NCBI GenBank assembly: GCA_016196125.1
Contig: JACPYG010000005.1
Location: forward strand, 1-62,207
DNA: 62,207 bases
Source of the DNA: Candidatus Staskawiczbacteria bacterium
Lineage (GTDB): Bacteria; Patescibacteriota; Minisyncoccia; Minisyncoccales; Staskawiczbacteraceae
Direction of reading: 5' to 3'
The translations under genes were made by a program, and so were the position numbers. How positions within the stretch are numbered: position 1 is the first letter of the stretch; every line of letters starts with the position of its first letter. Below the pieces are notes generated by a model that was not told the DNA's origin, made no database searches, and saw nothing but the letters and a program-made list of their open reading frames with translations. Below, one piece after another: positions 1-11,800 of the stretch.

Positions 1-2
1 CC

Positions 3-1187
3 AAATACTATGTGGATAATCTTTCGGAAAACATAAGGAGGGGTATTCGCCAGAAATTGAGAAATGGAATTTGGCCCGCTTGGGCGCCACTTGGCTATGT
101 GAACGACAAGAATGCTCGCTGTATCGCCGTGGACAAGGAAAAGGCAAAATATATCAAGCGGACTTTTGAAATGTATGCAACTGGCGAATATCCCCTCGCT
201 CAAATCCGAAAGATTATCAATTCTTTGGGCTTGGTTGGCAAGAAAGGCAAAATGCTTTCCGTCTCAAATTATCAGTATATGCTGAAAAATAAAATCTATT
301 ACGGCATGATTGAATATAACGGCGAATTGTATGACGGAAAGCATGAACCGATTATCACAAAGAAACTTTTTGATTCCGTCCAAGAAGTGATGGCGAATAA
401 GAGCAAACCGAAATCGCCAAAACTCAAGCCATACATTTTTAGAGGATTTTTCCGTTGTGGAGAGTGTGGATGTTTCATTACTACCGAAACACAAAAAGGA
501 CATAACTATCTGCGATGTACTAAACGGAAAAATCCTTGCTCGCAAAGATATGCAAGAGAGGACGCTATCACTTCTCAAATCCGAGAGGAAATCAAAAAAG
601 TTTCTTTGTCTTCCGCTTGGGCAAACGCTTCAGTCAATTATTTTGAAAACGAAAAAACGAAACTTGCCCAAGCGGAAAGCTCTTTCGCCCAAAAAGCGAG
701 AAATGAGCTTGTGGAGATAGAAACAAAACTTGATCGTCTGCTTGATTTACAACTGGACGGTAGTTTATCGCAAACGGAATATGCCACCAAAAAGCACAAG
801 CTCATTCTCGCCAAAAAGGATTTGGAAGAAAAATTATCCGCTTTGGGGCGAAAGAGCAATAATCGGTTCGAACTTGCCATTGCCTTTCTAAAAGAGGCCA
901 ACCAAGCCAAAAAATACGCTCAACAAGAAAATCCCGAAAGGATTCGGGATTTTCTCAAAAAGATTGGTTCGAACTTCCGCATTGCCGAGCGGACGCTTTC
1001 GTTCCCCCTCAAAAATGCTTGGATTCTCGCGGGGAAATACCATGCTGAGGCGCAATGCGCCGAGGCAACCTCTTACGATTTTGCAAAAAGTGAAACTTGG
1101 CGGAGGAGGTGGGACTCGAACCCACGAGACCCTTTCAGGTCACAGCTTTCCAAGCTGTTGCAATGGCCGCTATGCGACTCCTCCTAA
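3..1187 (+). CDS. large serine recombinase/integrase, C-terminal part (5' end outside window)
   Basis: Frame is open to the window edge. Recombinase-domain style 'YGMIEYNGELYDGKHEPIITKKLF', Cys-rich zinc ribbon 'CGECGC...LRCTKRKNPC', long coiled-coil tail. The last ~30 codons run antisense into tRNA-Ser. Confidence 0.75.
   Translation, partial: KYYVDNLSENIRRGIRQKLRNGIWPAWAPLGYVNDKNARCIAVDKEKAKYIKRTFEMYATGEYPLAQIRKIINSLGLVGKKGKMLSVSNYQYMLKNKIYYGMIEYNGELYDGKHEPIITKKLFDSVQEVMANKSKPKSPKLKPYIFRGFFRCGECGCFITTETQKGHNYLRCTKRKNPCSQRYAREDAITSQIREEIKKVSLSSAWANASVNYFENEKTKLAQAESSFAQKARNELVEIETKLDRLLDLQLDGSLSQTEYATKKHKLILAKKDLEEKLSALGRKSNNRFELAIAFLKEANQAKKYAQQENPERIRDFLKKIGSNFRIAERTLSFPLKNAWILAGKYHAEAQCAEATSYDFAKSETWRRRWDSNPRDPFRSQLSKLLQWPLCDSS
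1098..1184 (-). tRNA. tRNA-Ser (anticodon GGA), CCA encoded
   Basis: Reverse complement folds as a cloverleaf: acceptor ggaggag/ctcctcc, anticodon stem acagc/gctgt with loop ttGGAaa, long variable arm, T-arm gtggg-ttcgagt-cccac, 3' gcca. Confidence 0.85.
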
Positions 1188-1192
1188 TTTTC

Positions 1193-1690
1193 CTACTTTA
1201 AAACTTTAGAAAATGGAACTTTTATTATTGTTTTGCCTGAATTATCCGCACATGCGCAAAGCGTTTCATTATTTTCATCCCATAAAGCTGCTCCTTTATA
1301 ACCAGCTTTCGAGCAAAAAGCGCTACATTTTCCAATGTTTGATTGACTTGTATCTTTTCTGTAATTAAGAAAAAAATATGCAGTAAATAAAAAGAATATT
1401 ATCGTTAAAATAATAGAAATTAAAATATGTTTTTTACTGCTAATTTGGCTATTTTCAAGGCCTTTGCCAATGGTAAATCCAAGTACTATAAAGATAGCCC
1501 ATGAAAACAATAAAAATATAGAAAAAAAGATAGTAAGTAGAGTTCCTGTATCAATGGGCCAATCGCTATCGCCAAAAACATAAAGCCAGAAAAATCCTAA
1601 TGCCATTCCAGACAGAATAGCTGATATTACAATTGATATAAAAAATCCGGGCATTGCCAACAATAGTGAATATAAGTATCTTTTTTTCAT
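1193..1690 (-). CDS. hypothetical membrane protein with Cys-rich C-terminal tail
   Basis: Several hydrophobic spans, then 'CSAFCSKAGYKGAALWDENNETLCACAD'. No family recognised. Confidence 0.5.
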   Translation of the reverse strand: MKKRYLYSLLLAMPGFFISIVISAILSGMALGFFWLYVFGDSDWPIDTGTLLTIFFSIFLLFSWAIFIVLGFTIGKGLENSQISSKKHILISIILTIIFFLFTAYFFLNYRKDTSQSNIGKCSAFCSKAGYKGAALWDENNETLCACADNSGKTIIKVPFSKVLK

Positions 1691-1719
1691 GAATAATTTT
1701 TATTTTTTAATAATATAGA

Positions 1720-2541
1720 TTATTTAATAATTAACCAAAATATCAAAGCCGCAATGATTCTATAAACTCCGAAAAAAATAAATGTGTGGTTTTTGATAAA
1801 ATATAAAAGCCATTTTATGCTAAGCATCGCCACAAAAAAAGAAGTAAAAAATCCTACTGCCAATAATAAAAATGGGTTAAAAGCCACCGCCTCCGGCGGG
1901 GTCCCGCCCAGGGGCGGGAAAAAACTGCCGGCGCTTTTAAATAAATCATACCCTGTGGCGGCTGCCATTGTGGGAACAGCCAGTAAAAAAGAGAATTCAA
2001 CAATAGCTTGCCTGCTGATTCCCATAAACAATCCTCCGATAATCGTGGCTCCCGACCTTGAAACTCCTGGAATTATTGCCAAAGATTGGAATACTCCGGT
2101 TAAAAATGATTTTTTATAACTAATATCTGAAACCGCAATTGCGGTTTCACCCTGAGCCGAGCCGAAGGGTATTCTTTTATACCATAATTCAAACACAATC
2201 AACGCTATTCCTCCAAGAAATAAAGACCAAACAACAATTAAGGCATTTGAAAGCAAAAATTCTTTTATTATTCTATAAAGCAAAAAACCGATTATTGCGG
2301 TTGGAATAAAAGCCGTAAAAACTTTTTTCCAATTATCTTTGTTTTTATAAAAATTTTTAAAAAGGACAACAACAGATAAAATTGCCCCAAACTGTATGGC
2401 TATCTCAAAACTCTTGGTAAAATCGGAGTCGGCAACTCCCAATAATTTACTTGTTAAAATCAAATGTCCGGTGGAAGAAATGGGCAGAAATTCGGTTATC
2501 CCCTCAATAATCCCCAAGATTAAAGCCTGAACTATCGTCAT
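1720..2541 (-). CDS. uppP: undecaprenyl-diphosphate phosphatase (BacA/UppP)
   Basis: N-terminal 'GITEFLPISSTGHLIL' signature and 'PGVSRSG' motif, polytopic. Carries two GC-rich in-frame inserts. Confidence 0.9.
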   Translation of the reverse strand: MTIVQALILGIIEGITEFLPISSTGHLILTSKLLGVADSDFTKSFEIAIQFGAILSVVVLFKNFYKNKDNWKKVFTAFIPTAIIGFLLYRIIKEFLLSNALIVVWSLFLGGIALIVFELWYKRIPFGSAQGETAIAVSDISYKKSFLTGVFQSLAIIPGVSRSGATIIGGLFMGISRQAIVEFSFLLAVPTMAAATGYDLFKSAGSFFPPLGGTPPEAVAFNPFLLLAVGFFTSFFVAMLSIKWLLYFIKNHTFIFFGVYRIIAALIFWLIIK

Positions 2542-2873
2542 ACATTTTTATTTAACATCGCAGCATAATTAAATGAGTAAAAATAATTATTCCATTTTTC
2601 ATCAGTAGAACCGTAGATATTATCAAAATAAAAATAATCAACTATCATTTCTCGCACCCGTAAAAGCTCTTTTAATCTTTTTATATTTTTGGGATCGTCA
2701 ATTGTTAAATCTAATAGTTCTAATCCTCTCTCTAAAGCCATTTTACTGTCATTAACATCTTTTACGCGCCAATTTATCGCTCTTCCGATTTCTGATCCTA
2801 TATTCGCCATCTGTTCTGACAAAGAAAACCTAAACCACCTGCCATTGGCTAATTCTTTATGCTGAATATTCAT
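2538..2873 (-). CDS. hypothetical protein
   Basis: Compact ORF with 4-nt overlaps to both neighbours (operon-like). No motif recognised. Confidence 0.5.
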   Translation of the reverse strand: MNIQHKELANGRWFRFSLSEQMANIGSEIGRAINWRVKDVNDSKMALERGLELLDLTIDDPKNIKRLKELLRVREMIVDYFYFDNIYGSTDEKWNNYFYSFNYAAMLNKNV

Positions 2874-3211
2874 TTTTTGACTAAACTATTTACTATTTTG
2901 ATTATTTTTTGCCTTATTTCAGAACTTTCAATACCTCTTGTGCGATTATTAAGAGCGGGTTTCAAATTAATCATTGAATCAAACTCAATGTATTCATCAC
3001 CGTTTTTTTGCGGATGAATATTGATCCCCCAAAGATCTTTTGGTTCTAATCCCTGTTCAATTAAAAACTGCTCTAAGTCTACGTGTAATTCAGCATCAAC
3101 CGCCATAATTCCTTTTTCTATGTCAACCACCGCCTTAACCAAATTACCAAACATCTTTTTTGACATTTCATTTAACTCTGTAATTTCAATTTTGTCTTTT
3201 ACAATTTTCAC
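2870..3211 (-). CDS. hypothetical protein
   Basis: 113-aa soluble ORF translationally coupled to the downstream ORF. Family not recognised with confidence. Confidence 0.5.
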   Translation of the reverse strand: MKIVKDKIEITELNEMSKKMFGNLVKAVVDIEKGIMAVDAELHVDLEQFLIEQGLEPKDLWGINIHPQKNGDEYIEFDSMINLKPALNNRTRGIESSEIRQKIIKIVNSLVKK

Positions 3212-3215
3212 AACT

Positions 3216-3452
3216 TTATTTTCCTAATATTTTTCTTTTTACTTTTTCTAATTCCCAATGGTCTAAAATATCCCCTTTATTGGATTGAAGTTTATTCATT
3301 TTTTCTTTTAATTCAAATTCTGTTAATCCATCAATAAGGTTATTTTTAAAAACTTGGTGCAAATATTCTCTTTCTTTTTGAGATATATCTGAAATGCCAT
3401 GTAAAATTTTATTGAACTCATATTTGTAGATTCTTTTTTTATTTTCAATCAT
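3216..3452 (-). CDS. hypothetical small protein
   Basis: 78-aa charged ORF in the same operon string. Confidence 0.4.
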   Translation of the reverse strand: MIENKKRIYKYEFNKILHGISDISQKEREYLHQVFKNNLIDGLTEFELKEKMNKLQSNKGDILDHWELEKVKRKILGK

Positions 3453-3468
3453 AATCTTTATTTTAAAT

Positions 3469-4371
3469 TTATAACTTCATATCTCTTAAAAATTTTATTC
3501 TTTCTTCTATCGGCGGATGAGTCATAAATAATTTTGTAAACCAGCTTTGCGTTTGTTTTCCGCGAAACGGCGAAGAAATAAAAAGATGGCTGGTTGAATT
3601 ATTGGCAGTTTTCATTGGCGTCAAATCAGCTGAAATTTTTGCCAAAGCGCTGGCTAATCCTTCGGGATATCGAGTTAATAAGGCGCCGTCTGCATCTGCT
3701 AAAAATTCTCTTTTGCGTGAAATTGCCAGCTTAATTAAAGTAGCGGCAATTGGCGCTAAAATTGCGGCAACTAATCCTAAAATTGCCATTACGGTTCCCG
3801 CCCCTTTATTTTCATCTGAATTTCTTCTTCCTCCCCAAAAACTGATTCTTAAAAACATATCAGAAAGCATTGCCACAATCCCGGCTAATATCACTACGAC
3901 TGTGCCCAACAACATATCTTTATTTCCAATGTGCGATAATTCGTGGGCAATAACCCCTTCCAATTCTTTTTTTTCCAATCTCGCCAAAAGCCCTTGGGTT
4001 ACGCATACCACTGAATGTTTTGCGTCACGGCCGGTTGCAAATGCGTTAAGCTGCTGTTCTTTAATGATATAAATTTTGGGAACTGGCAAACCGGCAGTAA
4101 TGCATAAATTTTCTACTATGCGATATAGTTCCTGATTGTCTTTGCGCTCTATTAAAACAGCTCGCGCCATTGCCAAAACAATTTTGTCTGAATACCAATA
4201 ACTGATAAAACTTGTCAAAACGCTGAAAACAACGGCAAATATTAAAATCTCCTGGCTGTCGAGCAAATAACCAAAAAACCATCCAATTGTTATTATAAAA
4301 ACCAAAAAACCAGTTATTAAAAACCACGTTTTGCGTGTATTGGAATCTGCTTGCGTATATAAATTTGACAT
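3469..4371 (-). CDS. htpX: M48-family zinc metalloprotease HtpX
   Basis: 'HELSHIGNKD' HExxH motif, four TM spans, C-terminal 'THPPIEERI'. Confidence 0.9.
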   Translation of the reverse strand: MSNLYTQADSNTRKTWFLITGFLVFIITIGWFFGYLLDSQEILIFAVVFSVLTSFISYWYSDKIVLAMARAVLIERKDNQELYRIVENLCITAGLPVPKIYIIKEQQLNAFATGRDAKHSVVCVTQGLLARLEKKELEGVIAHELSHIGNKDMLLGTVVVILAGIVAMLSDMFLRISFWGGRRNSDENKGAGTVMAILGLVAAILAPIAATLIKLAISRKREFLADADGALLTRYPEGLASALAKISADLTPMKTANNSTSHLFISSPFRGKQTQSWFTKLFMTHPPIEERIKFLRDMKL

Positions 4372-4391
4372 GTAACAAACGTAAATAATGA

Positions 4392-4946
4392 TTAGAACTT
4401 AACGTTTACTGCTTCTTTTTCCGCGCTTGTCGCTTCAAATAATTCCATTTGTTTGAAACCAAACATTCCAGCCATTGCATTTGTCGGGAAACTTTCAATT
4501 TTAATATTGAGGTCTCTGACATTGGTGTTGTAAAACCTTCTGCTGGCTTGAATTTTATCTTCTGTATCTGTGAGTTCTCTTTGAAGCTCTAAAAAGTTGA
4601 CCGAAGCTTTCAAATCCGGATAACCTTCTGCAACCGCGAATAAACTTTTTAAAGCGCTTGAAAGCATATTTTCCGCTCCAGCTTTTTCTTTTACCCCCTG
4701 AGCCGACATTGCAGAAGCCCTTGCCTGTGTTACTTTTTCAAATAACTCTTTTTCGTGAGTAGCATACCCTTTTACCGTTTGCACTAAATTAGGAATTAAG
4801 TCATACCTTCTTTTTAACTGAACCGAAATATCAGACCATGCTTCTTTTGCCCTGTTTTTTAATTTTACCAAACCATTGTAGTCGGAAATCAACCACAAAA
4901 TTATAACAGTTATAACGGCTAAAACAATAACAGTTAATGTTGCCAT
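4392..4946 (-). CDS. lemA: LemA family protein
   Basis: 'AWSDISVQLKRRYDLIPNLVQTVKGYATHE' is the LemA core. The track ORF starts at 4967, but its first 7 codons (MFYVLFF) lie in the leader repeat, so the start is probably M8. Confidence 0.85.
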   Translation of the reverse strand: MATLTVIVLAVITVIILWLISDYNGLVKLKNRAKEAWSDISVQLKRRYDLIPNLVQTVKGYATHEKELFEKVTQARASAMSAQGVKEKAGAENMLSSALKSLFAVAEGYPDLKASVNFLELQRELTDTEDKIQASRRFYNTNVRDLNIKIESFPTNAMAGMFGFKQMELFEATSAEKEAVNVKF

Positions 4947-4952
4947 AAAAAA

Positions 4953-5019
4953 TAGAACATAAAACATGGAACATGGAACAAATCAATTTGTTGCGTGTTA
5001 TGTGTTTTATGTTATGTTA
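4953..5019 (-). repeat. leader heptad-repeat hairpin L1 (upstream of lemA)
   Basis: aacat/ggaacat heptads facing gtgttat/gtgtttt heptads. Same family as 8191, 30366, 45086, 51680 and 56541. Confidence 0.7.
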
Positions 5020-5026
5020 ATTATAA

Positions 5027-5557
5027 TTATTTTTGCATGTTTTCGATTAAAGAAGTTAAAAACGGATGCTGAACAACAAACTTATAATTGAACAATTTTA
5101 AAAGAGTCAAAAAATCAATTAGTTCTTCTCTAAATTTTTCCGGTCCCGTAAAAATCTCCCATAATTCTTGCCTGAAGTTTTTATTGTAATTATGCAAAAT
5201 TTCGTAATCTGACTTTGTTTTTAGATAAATTATAATTTGCTTAAACTCTCCTCTGTCAAGCCAGATTCCCTTGCACAAATTACATAAGTCAATTTTTACT
5301 TTGGAATCATCATAATTTACTTCATATAAAGGCATTCTGCAGGCGGGACAAACCCTGCGAGTTTTTGCTATTTTAAACTTTCCTTTATCTCTCCATAAAT
5401 CAACATCGAGCCAGTTTAACTGCTCATCTTTTTTGTCTTTTGCAAAACGCAATTCATCTTGCTCAAACCAGACGCCAAGGCAGGTTGGACAATAATCAAC
5501 TTCAACATCGCAAAACAAAATTTTTTCTAATTTTCCGTGATTATTTAAGCACTCCAT
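5027..5557 (-). CDS. zinc-ribbon (TF-type zinc finger) domain protein
   Basis: Two 'CPxC...W(F/L)(E/D)..E(L/F)' units (CPTCLGVWFEQDEL, CNLCKGIWLDRGEF). The track start at 5611 is hydrophobic junk, so the start is probably M19. Confidence 0.6.
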   Translation of the reverse strand: MECLNNHGKLEKILFCDVEVDYCPTCLGVWFEQDELRFAKDKKDEQLNWLDVDLWRDKGKFKIAKTRRVCPACRMPLYEVNYDDSKVKIDLCNLCKGIWLDRGEFKQIIIYLKTKSDYEILHNYNKNFRQELWEIFTGPEKFREELIDFLTLLKLFNYKFVVQHPFLTSLIENMQK

Positions 5558-5658
5558 AAATATAAATTTAAAACTCAATTTTATATTAACAAAAAAAATA
5601 AACAAATTCAAATAAATAAAAACCCCAGCTCTTTGAACTGAGGTATGTATTTTAGCTA

Positions 5659-6051
5659 CTAATTACTTTTGGCTGAAGCAACCAGTTGTTGCTTATCTTC
5701 TTCTGCTTTAAGATCTTTCTGGATTTTTTTGTATCTCCGATATCGGATAAAAGATAATGCTGAAAAACCAAACAACATAATTGGCGCCAAAAACATAAGG
5801 ATTATAGAAACAGGATCATATGACAAAATTTTATATAATCCTATTTTTGTTATCAAAACAATTAATCCTGCCACAACCGCAACCAGCATAATAATGCCCA
5901 ACATGCCAACAAACATCGCATTATAAAAACTCTGTTTAACATGCTCTTCAAACCTTTCTGAAGCTTTCATGGCATGCTCCTTTCTTAGAAAAGGCTTAAA
6001 AACGGAGAAACAATCAAGGAAAAACCGGCGTACAAAAGAATAATAATCCAA
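5659..6051 (-). CDS. hypothetical membrane protein
   Basis: Two TM spans. An internal start at 5970 (MKASERF) is plausible. Confidence 0.45.
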   Translation of the reverse strand: MDYYSFVRRFFLDCFSVFKPFLRKEHAMKASERFEEHVKQSFYNAMFVGMLGIIMLVAVVAGLIVLITKIGLYKILSYDPVSIILMFLAPIMLFGFSALSFIRYRRYKKIQKDLKAEEDKQQLVASAKSN

Positions 6052-6108
6052 ATTACCATATTATTAACGAACTAATTTCTATATACTAAATTTTATATAT
6101 AATGTCAA

Positions 6109-6133
6109 TAAAAAGCGGGTTTTGCCCGCTTTT
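6109..6133 (-). terminator. intrinsic terminator after groEL (bidirectional shape)
   Basis: aaaaagcggg-tttt-gcccgcttttt, A-run and T-run on either side. Confidence 0.8.
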
Positions 6134-6166
6134 TAAATTTGTATTTTACAATTTACAAGTTTTGAA

Positions 6167-7897
<1,731 letters not shown>

Positions 7898-7902
7898 TTT
7901 AT

Positions 7903-8193
7903 TTATTCAATTATTGCCAAAATATCTTCTTCTTTGGCAATTAAATATTCTTTGCCGTCAACCTTTATTTCGCTTGGACCGTATTTTTGGAATAAAACCT
8001 TATCCCCCGGCTTTACTGAAAGGGTAATTATTTTACCGTCATCCGTTTTTTTGCCGGGTCCCGCGGCAATTACTTTGCCTTGTTCTGATTTTTCTTTTAA
8101 AGCAGTTTCGGGCAAAAAAATACCAGCTTTGGTTTTCTCTTCTTCTTTAATTGGCTCTATTAAAATATGGTCTGATAATGGTTTTATATTCAT
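7903..8193 (-). CDS. groS: co-chaperonin GroES
   Basis: '[14 protein letters not shown]...TKAGIFLPE...GKV(I)AAGPG'. Track start 8214 (MFYVSCS) lies in the leader repeat. Confidence 0.95.
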   Translation of the reverse strand: MNIKPLSDHILIEPIKEEEKTKAGIFLPETALKEKSEQGKVIAAGPGKKTDDGKIITLSVKPGDKVLFQKYGPSEIKVDGKEYLIAKEEDILAIIE

Positions 8194-8268
8194 AGAACAT
8201 GAAACATAAAACATAGAACAAACGATAAGTTTTTCGTAGTTGTTATGTGTTTTATGTTATGTGTTAAT
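8191..8268 (-). repeat. leader heptad-repeat hairpin L2 (abuts groES start codon)
   Basis: On the mRNA strand: aacacataacataaaacacataaca - loop - tgttctatgttttatgtttcatgttctATG. Confidence 0.75.
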
Positions 8269-8285
8269 GTAAGTTATGATACTCT

Positions 8286-8314
8286 AATCTAAGAAATTTA
8301 AAAACAAATGTCAA
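8286..8314 (-). promoter_or_regulatory. candidate sigma70-type promoter for groES-groEL
   Basis: Minus strand TTGACA-17 nt-TAGATT. The -35 is fused to the palindrome arm cttctaacgggg. Confidence 0.5.
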
Positions 8315-8400
8315 CCCCGTTAGAAGTTTACCATACAATCTGTGAAAATACACCTCGCGCGCTGCAAGGTTACATTATCGCAAACTTCTAACGGGGTCAA
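8311..8400. repeat. 'ccccgttagaag' palindromic element
   Basis: tcaaccccgttagaagttt ... aaacttctaacggggtcaa, 19-nt arms around a 52-nt GC-richer core. Confidence 0.85.
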
Positions 8401-8411
8401 TACCTGTACGC

Positions 8412-8434
8412 AAAAAAGGACTGCCGTCCTTTTT
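8412..8434 (-). terminator. intrinsic terminator after ORF 8461-8826
   Basis: aaaaaaggac-tgcc-gtccttttt. Confidence 0.7.
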
Positions 8435-8460
8435 CAATTTTAAGTCATGGGAACTATATT

Positions 8461-8826
8461 CTAATTAATCGGGATTTTTTTAACTAATAATGCCAATAGG
8501 TCCTTAACTGCATTTTGGGCTTCTATTTCTGCCTCGCTTTCTATAAACTTTTCCCATTGCCTTAAAACCTCATCATCGTTCAAATCCCTGACGGCGTTTT
8601 CTAATTTTAATCTGTCTTCAAAAGAAACTTCTTTCTCCGCTTTTAAAACTTTTTCAATAAAAAGTTTTGTAAAATTTATTATCTTTATGTTATTTTGCTG
8701 ATTCTTTAATTGCTGCTCTGTTGTTTTTATATCTTTTTGGGCAAAAAAATAACTAACGCCGAAAAAAATATTTCCCGCTACAAGAATAAAAATAATTGTT
8801 ATTAAAATTATTTTCTGTTTTTGCAT
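8461..8826 (-). CDS. hypothetical membrane-anchored protein
   Basis: N-terminal TM span then a charged helical region. Lies immediately downstream of the giant ORF. Confidence 0.5.
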   Translation of the reverse strand: MQKQKIILITIIFILVAGNIFFGVSYFFAQKDIKTTEQQLKNQQNNIKIINFTKLFIEKVLKAEKEVSFEDRLKLENAVRDLNDDEVLRQWEKFIESEAEIEAQNAVKDLLALLVKKIPIN

Positions 8827-8840
8827 TTACTTTTATAATT

Positions 8841-11800
8841 TTAAACTTTGCTTCTGGCTATAATTCTTTCCCTTATTTTATCACGATAAAAGTTATAAAG
8901 CAACAAAATAATAATCGCGGCTAACAAGATTGTTTTCCAATCAACAATTTTTGTCCACCAATATTTAGTTTTTAGTTCAAGATTAATGTGAACGCCGCTG
9001 CCCTCTGCAACTCCAAACGGCTTACCGTCATAACTTAAATAGCCCGGGGCATCGACCTTTAGATAATAATATCCTTCTGGCACTAAGAATGAATATGTGC
9101 CGCGCACATCGGTAGTTTGCGGATTTTCCTGCTGATAATCGCGAGCCGGCCATAATTCATATTGTTTAGTTTCTGAATTCAGCCAAAAGATAGAAACAAT
9201 GGCGCCGGGAATGCGGGTTTCTTTATTTCCGCTTTTTTCGTAAACATAACCTTCGGGATCAATAACAGTAATCAGGCGGATTTCTTTTTTACCCAATTCC
9301 GGGTCTTCAAAATCCATTACGGTGATAATTTCGTATTCGCCGTCGATTACCGGCGCATTTATATCGGCTGTATAAATTCCGTCGCCGTCGGGGTCGGTAT
9401 ATTCAAATTCCAGCAAAACCAGTTTTTCTTCAACCTTAATGGGCTGTTCCTGGACTTTAGCAAAAACCGGATTGGCAAAAATAACCGACGCTAATAAATA
9501 ATTAAGCGGAACTTCCAGAGAATGGGGTTGGCTGGCTTTTGATTTGAATACCACATAACCCTTAACGCTTTTAACCGGTTTGTCTGGTTTTATGACTAAT
9601 TGCAACGGCTTGCCGGAAATAGTTCTGATTTTTTGCTGCGGTTCGCCATTTCCGGCAACAGACAAAGAAATATCAAAATCAATCAATTCACCGCCAGTCT
9701 TGGCAAAAACAATTTCTGACGGCAATTGCTGTTTAACTGTAGCTGGTAATTTATTGATTGGTATTCCTTTTGGCGGAGTAAATTTTCCCGGCGTAATTTC
9801 TACTTGCGATAATCCAAGAGTTTGTGTTAATCCCGGTATTTTTAAATTAGTGTTTGTTAATTTTTGGACATCGGTAATTTTTGCAATACCGACATTTTTA
9901 AATGTTTTTTCTAATTCTGGAAATTTCTGAGCCAGTAATTTAATTTTTGTCGGCAGAGGATATAAAACAAATCTTTTAATGGCTTCCACCGGTAAAAGAT
10001 TCCACTTACTGTCTAAAGATAATTGGGCTTTTTCCGGAATAACAACTATTTCTGTCTGCTTTTCTTCTGCGGGTTTTATTAATTTTACTAATTGTTTTTG
10101 AATTTGGGTAATTTGTTCAGTGATTTTTTTAGATTGCTCCGCTATACTGCCTGGTATTTCTTTTATTTGTTCCACCACTTTTTCCACTGCTTTTTCCGGT
10201 ATCTGAACAATCTGCTCTATAATAGGAGATAATGGAGGTAAAACAGAAACAAGAGACGAATAAGAAGGCGGAGCTCCCCCACCCACAGACCTGACAACAG
10301 AATAGGATGTCTGCGTGTTGGTGCTTGCCGTATCTTTGTTGCCGGAAGAATCATTGCAAGAGATGTATATATCAACGGAACTGCCGCTAACGCTTTCTGT
10401 GTTGCAAGATATTGATGTTGTGCCGTCGCCCGCGCAATCAATATCGCCCGACATATCATCGTATGACTTGTCTGTTGAGGCGGCGCGGCAATCGGCGTTT
10501 TCACTGGTTGTAAAAGTAATTGTTGGAGATGCTGATTGGACAGTGGAACCGGAAGCAGGACTAATGCTGGAAATAACCGGCGCTGTCGTGTCTAAAGTGT
10601 ATGTGAGATTTTCATTGGTAGATGCCGTGTCTTTATTGCCATACAAGGTGTCTTGGCAGGCAACATATACATTTTTTGCGCCGTCTGCGCCAAGGTCGGA
10701 AAGAGTGCAAGATATGGACTGGGTTCCGTCGCCGGTACAATCAGTGTCGCCCGACATATCATCGTATGACTTGTCTGTTGTGGCGGCTCTGCAATCGCCG
10801 TTCTCGTCTAAAGAAAATGTAATTGTCGGAGTGCTGTCTGTTATAGTGGCTTCCGATGCCGGACTAAAACTGGAGGGCGCGGGAGAAGTGGAATCAAATC
10901 CCCACCCTGAATTTCCCGAAACATCGGTGGAATTAGTTCCAGGGTTCCAAGTGGCTCCTCCCGTGGCAGCTGAATCTTGCAAAGACAGGTAATCGCAAGA
11001 TACTGTTCCAGATGATTTAGATAATGTAGCCGCCGTTCCGCCAGATGATGAATTTATTGTGATTACATTGCCAGAAGTGCCAGTACAGGAAAATGTATCA
11101 GAAATAGTTTGAGTTGCAGAAGACGTGAAAGTGACAGTTTTTGGAGGATTTATTGTAAAATTACTAAATGTATTGCTTCCGCTAATGATAACTGCTCCGG
11201 TACCAACTCCGGTAATAGAAAGATTATTATAGGTTCCACCTCCTCCGGCAAATGTTTTGCTGGTTGAAGAAGTGTCGGTAATTGAAATTGTTGAGGTGCC
11301 AGCGGTATATGTTCCAGAATTAGAAAAAACCGTGCCGGTTCCAGAAAGAGTTATCGTATAGCTGGAAGCGTTTAGAATTCCCGTGGTTATTGTGAGAATT
11401 CCTCCTACTGATGTGTCGGCCCCTAATGTGAATGTGGTGCTTGAACTATTAAAAGTTACGCTGTAATAAGTCGTGCCGGCAACCGTAATTGAACTTGATG
11501 TTTCCGGAATATAGTTGACGGTTCCAGTTGATGGCGTAAATGTTCCTGAAACCGCAAACGGTGTTGAAGTTCCAATTAAACTTAAAGTATAAGAACTTAA
11601 ATCTAATTCGTGGCTGGAGTTAATGGTTACAGTAGTGGCTTTAGCTGTCCCTCCCAGTGTTATTTTAGGCGTGGAAGCGCCCGAACCAACGACCACCACG
11701 CCAATATCTTGGTTGGTATTGTCGGTCCAAGTTTTAGACCCTGTGGGATTTAGGGTAATGGTGGCAGGCAAATCAGACTTGGTAAAGGTACCGGCGTTGT

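Noticed and set aside
4947-4967. N-terminal peptides [19 protein letters not shown] and MFHVPC as genuine conserved signal sequences (also at 8194-8214, 30421-30441 and 45089-45103).
   Set aside because: They are translations of the ATGTTYN heptad arm of the leader repeat. Canonical protein N-termini begin at the next Met in each case.
8214-8460. A CIRCE/HrcA operator (TTAGCACTC-N9-GAGTGCTAA) upstream of groES.
   Set aside because: That inverted repeat is not present. The region instead holds the leader heptad hairpin and the 'ccccgttagaag' palindrome.
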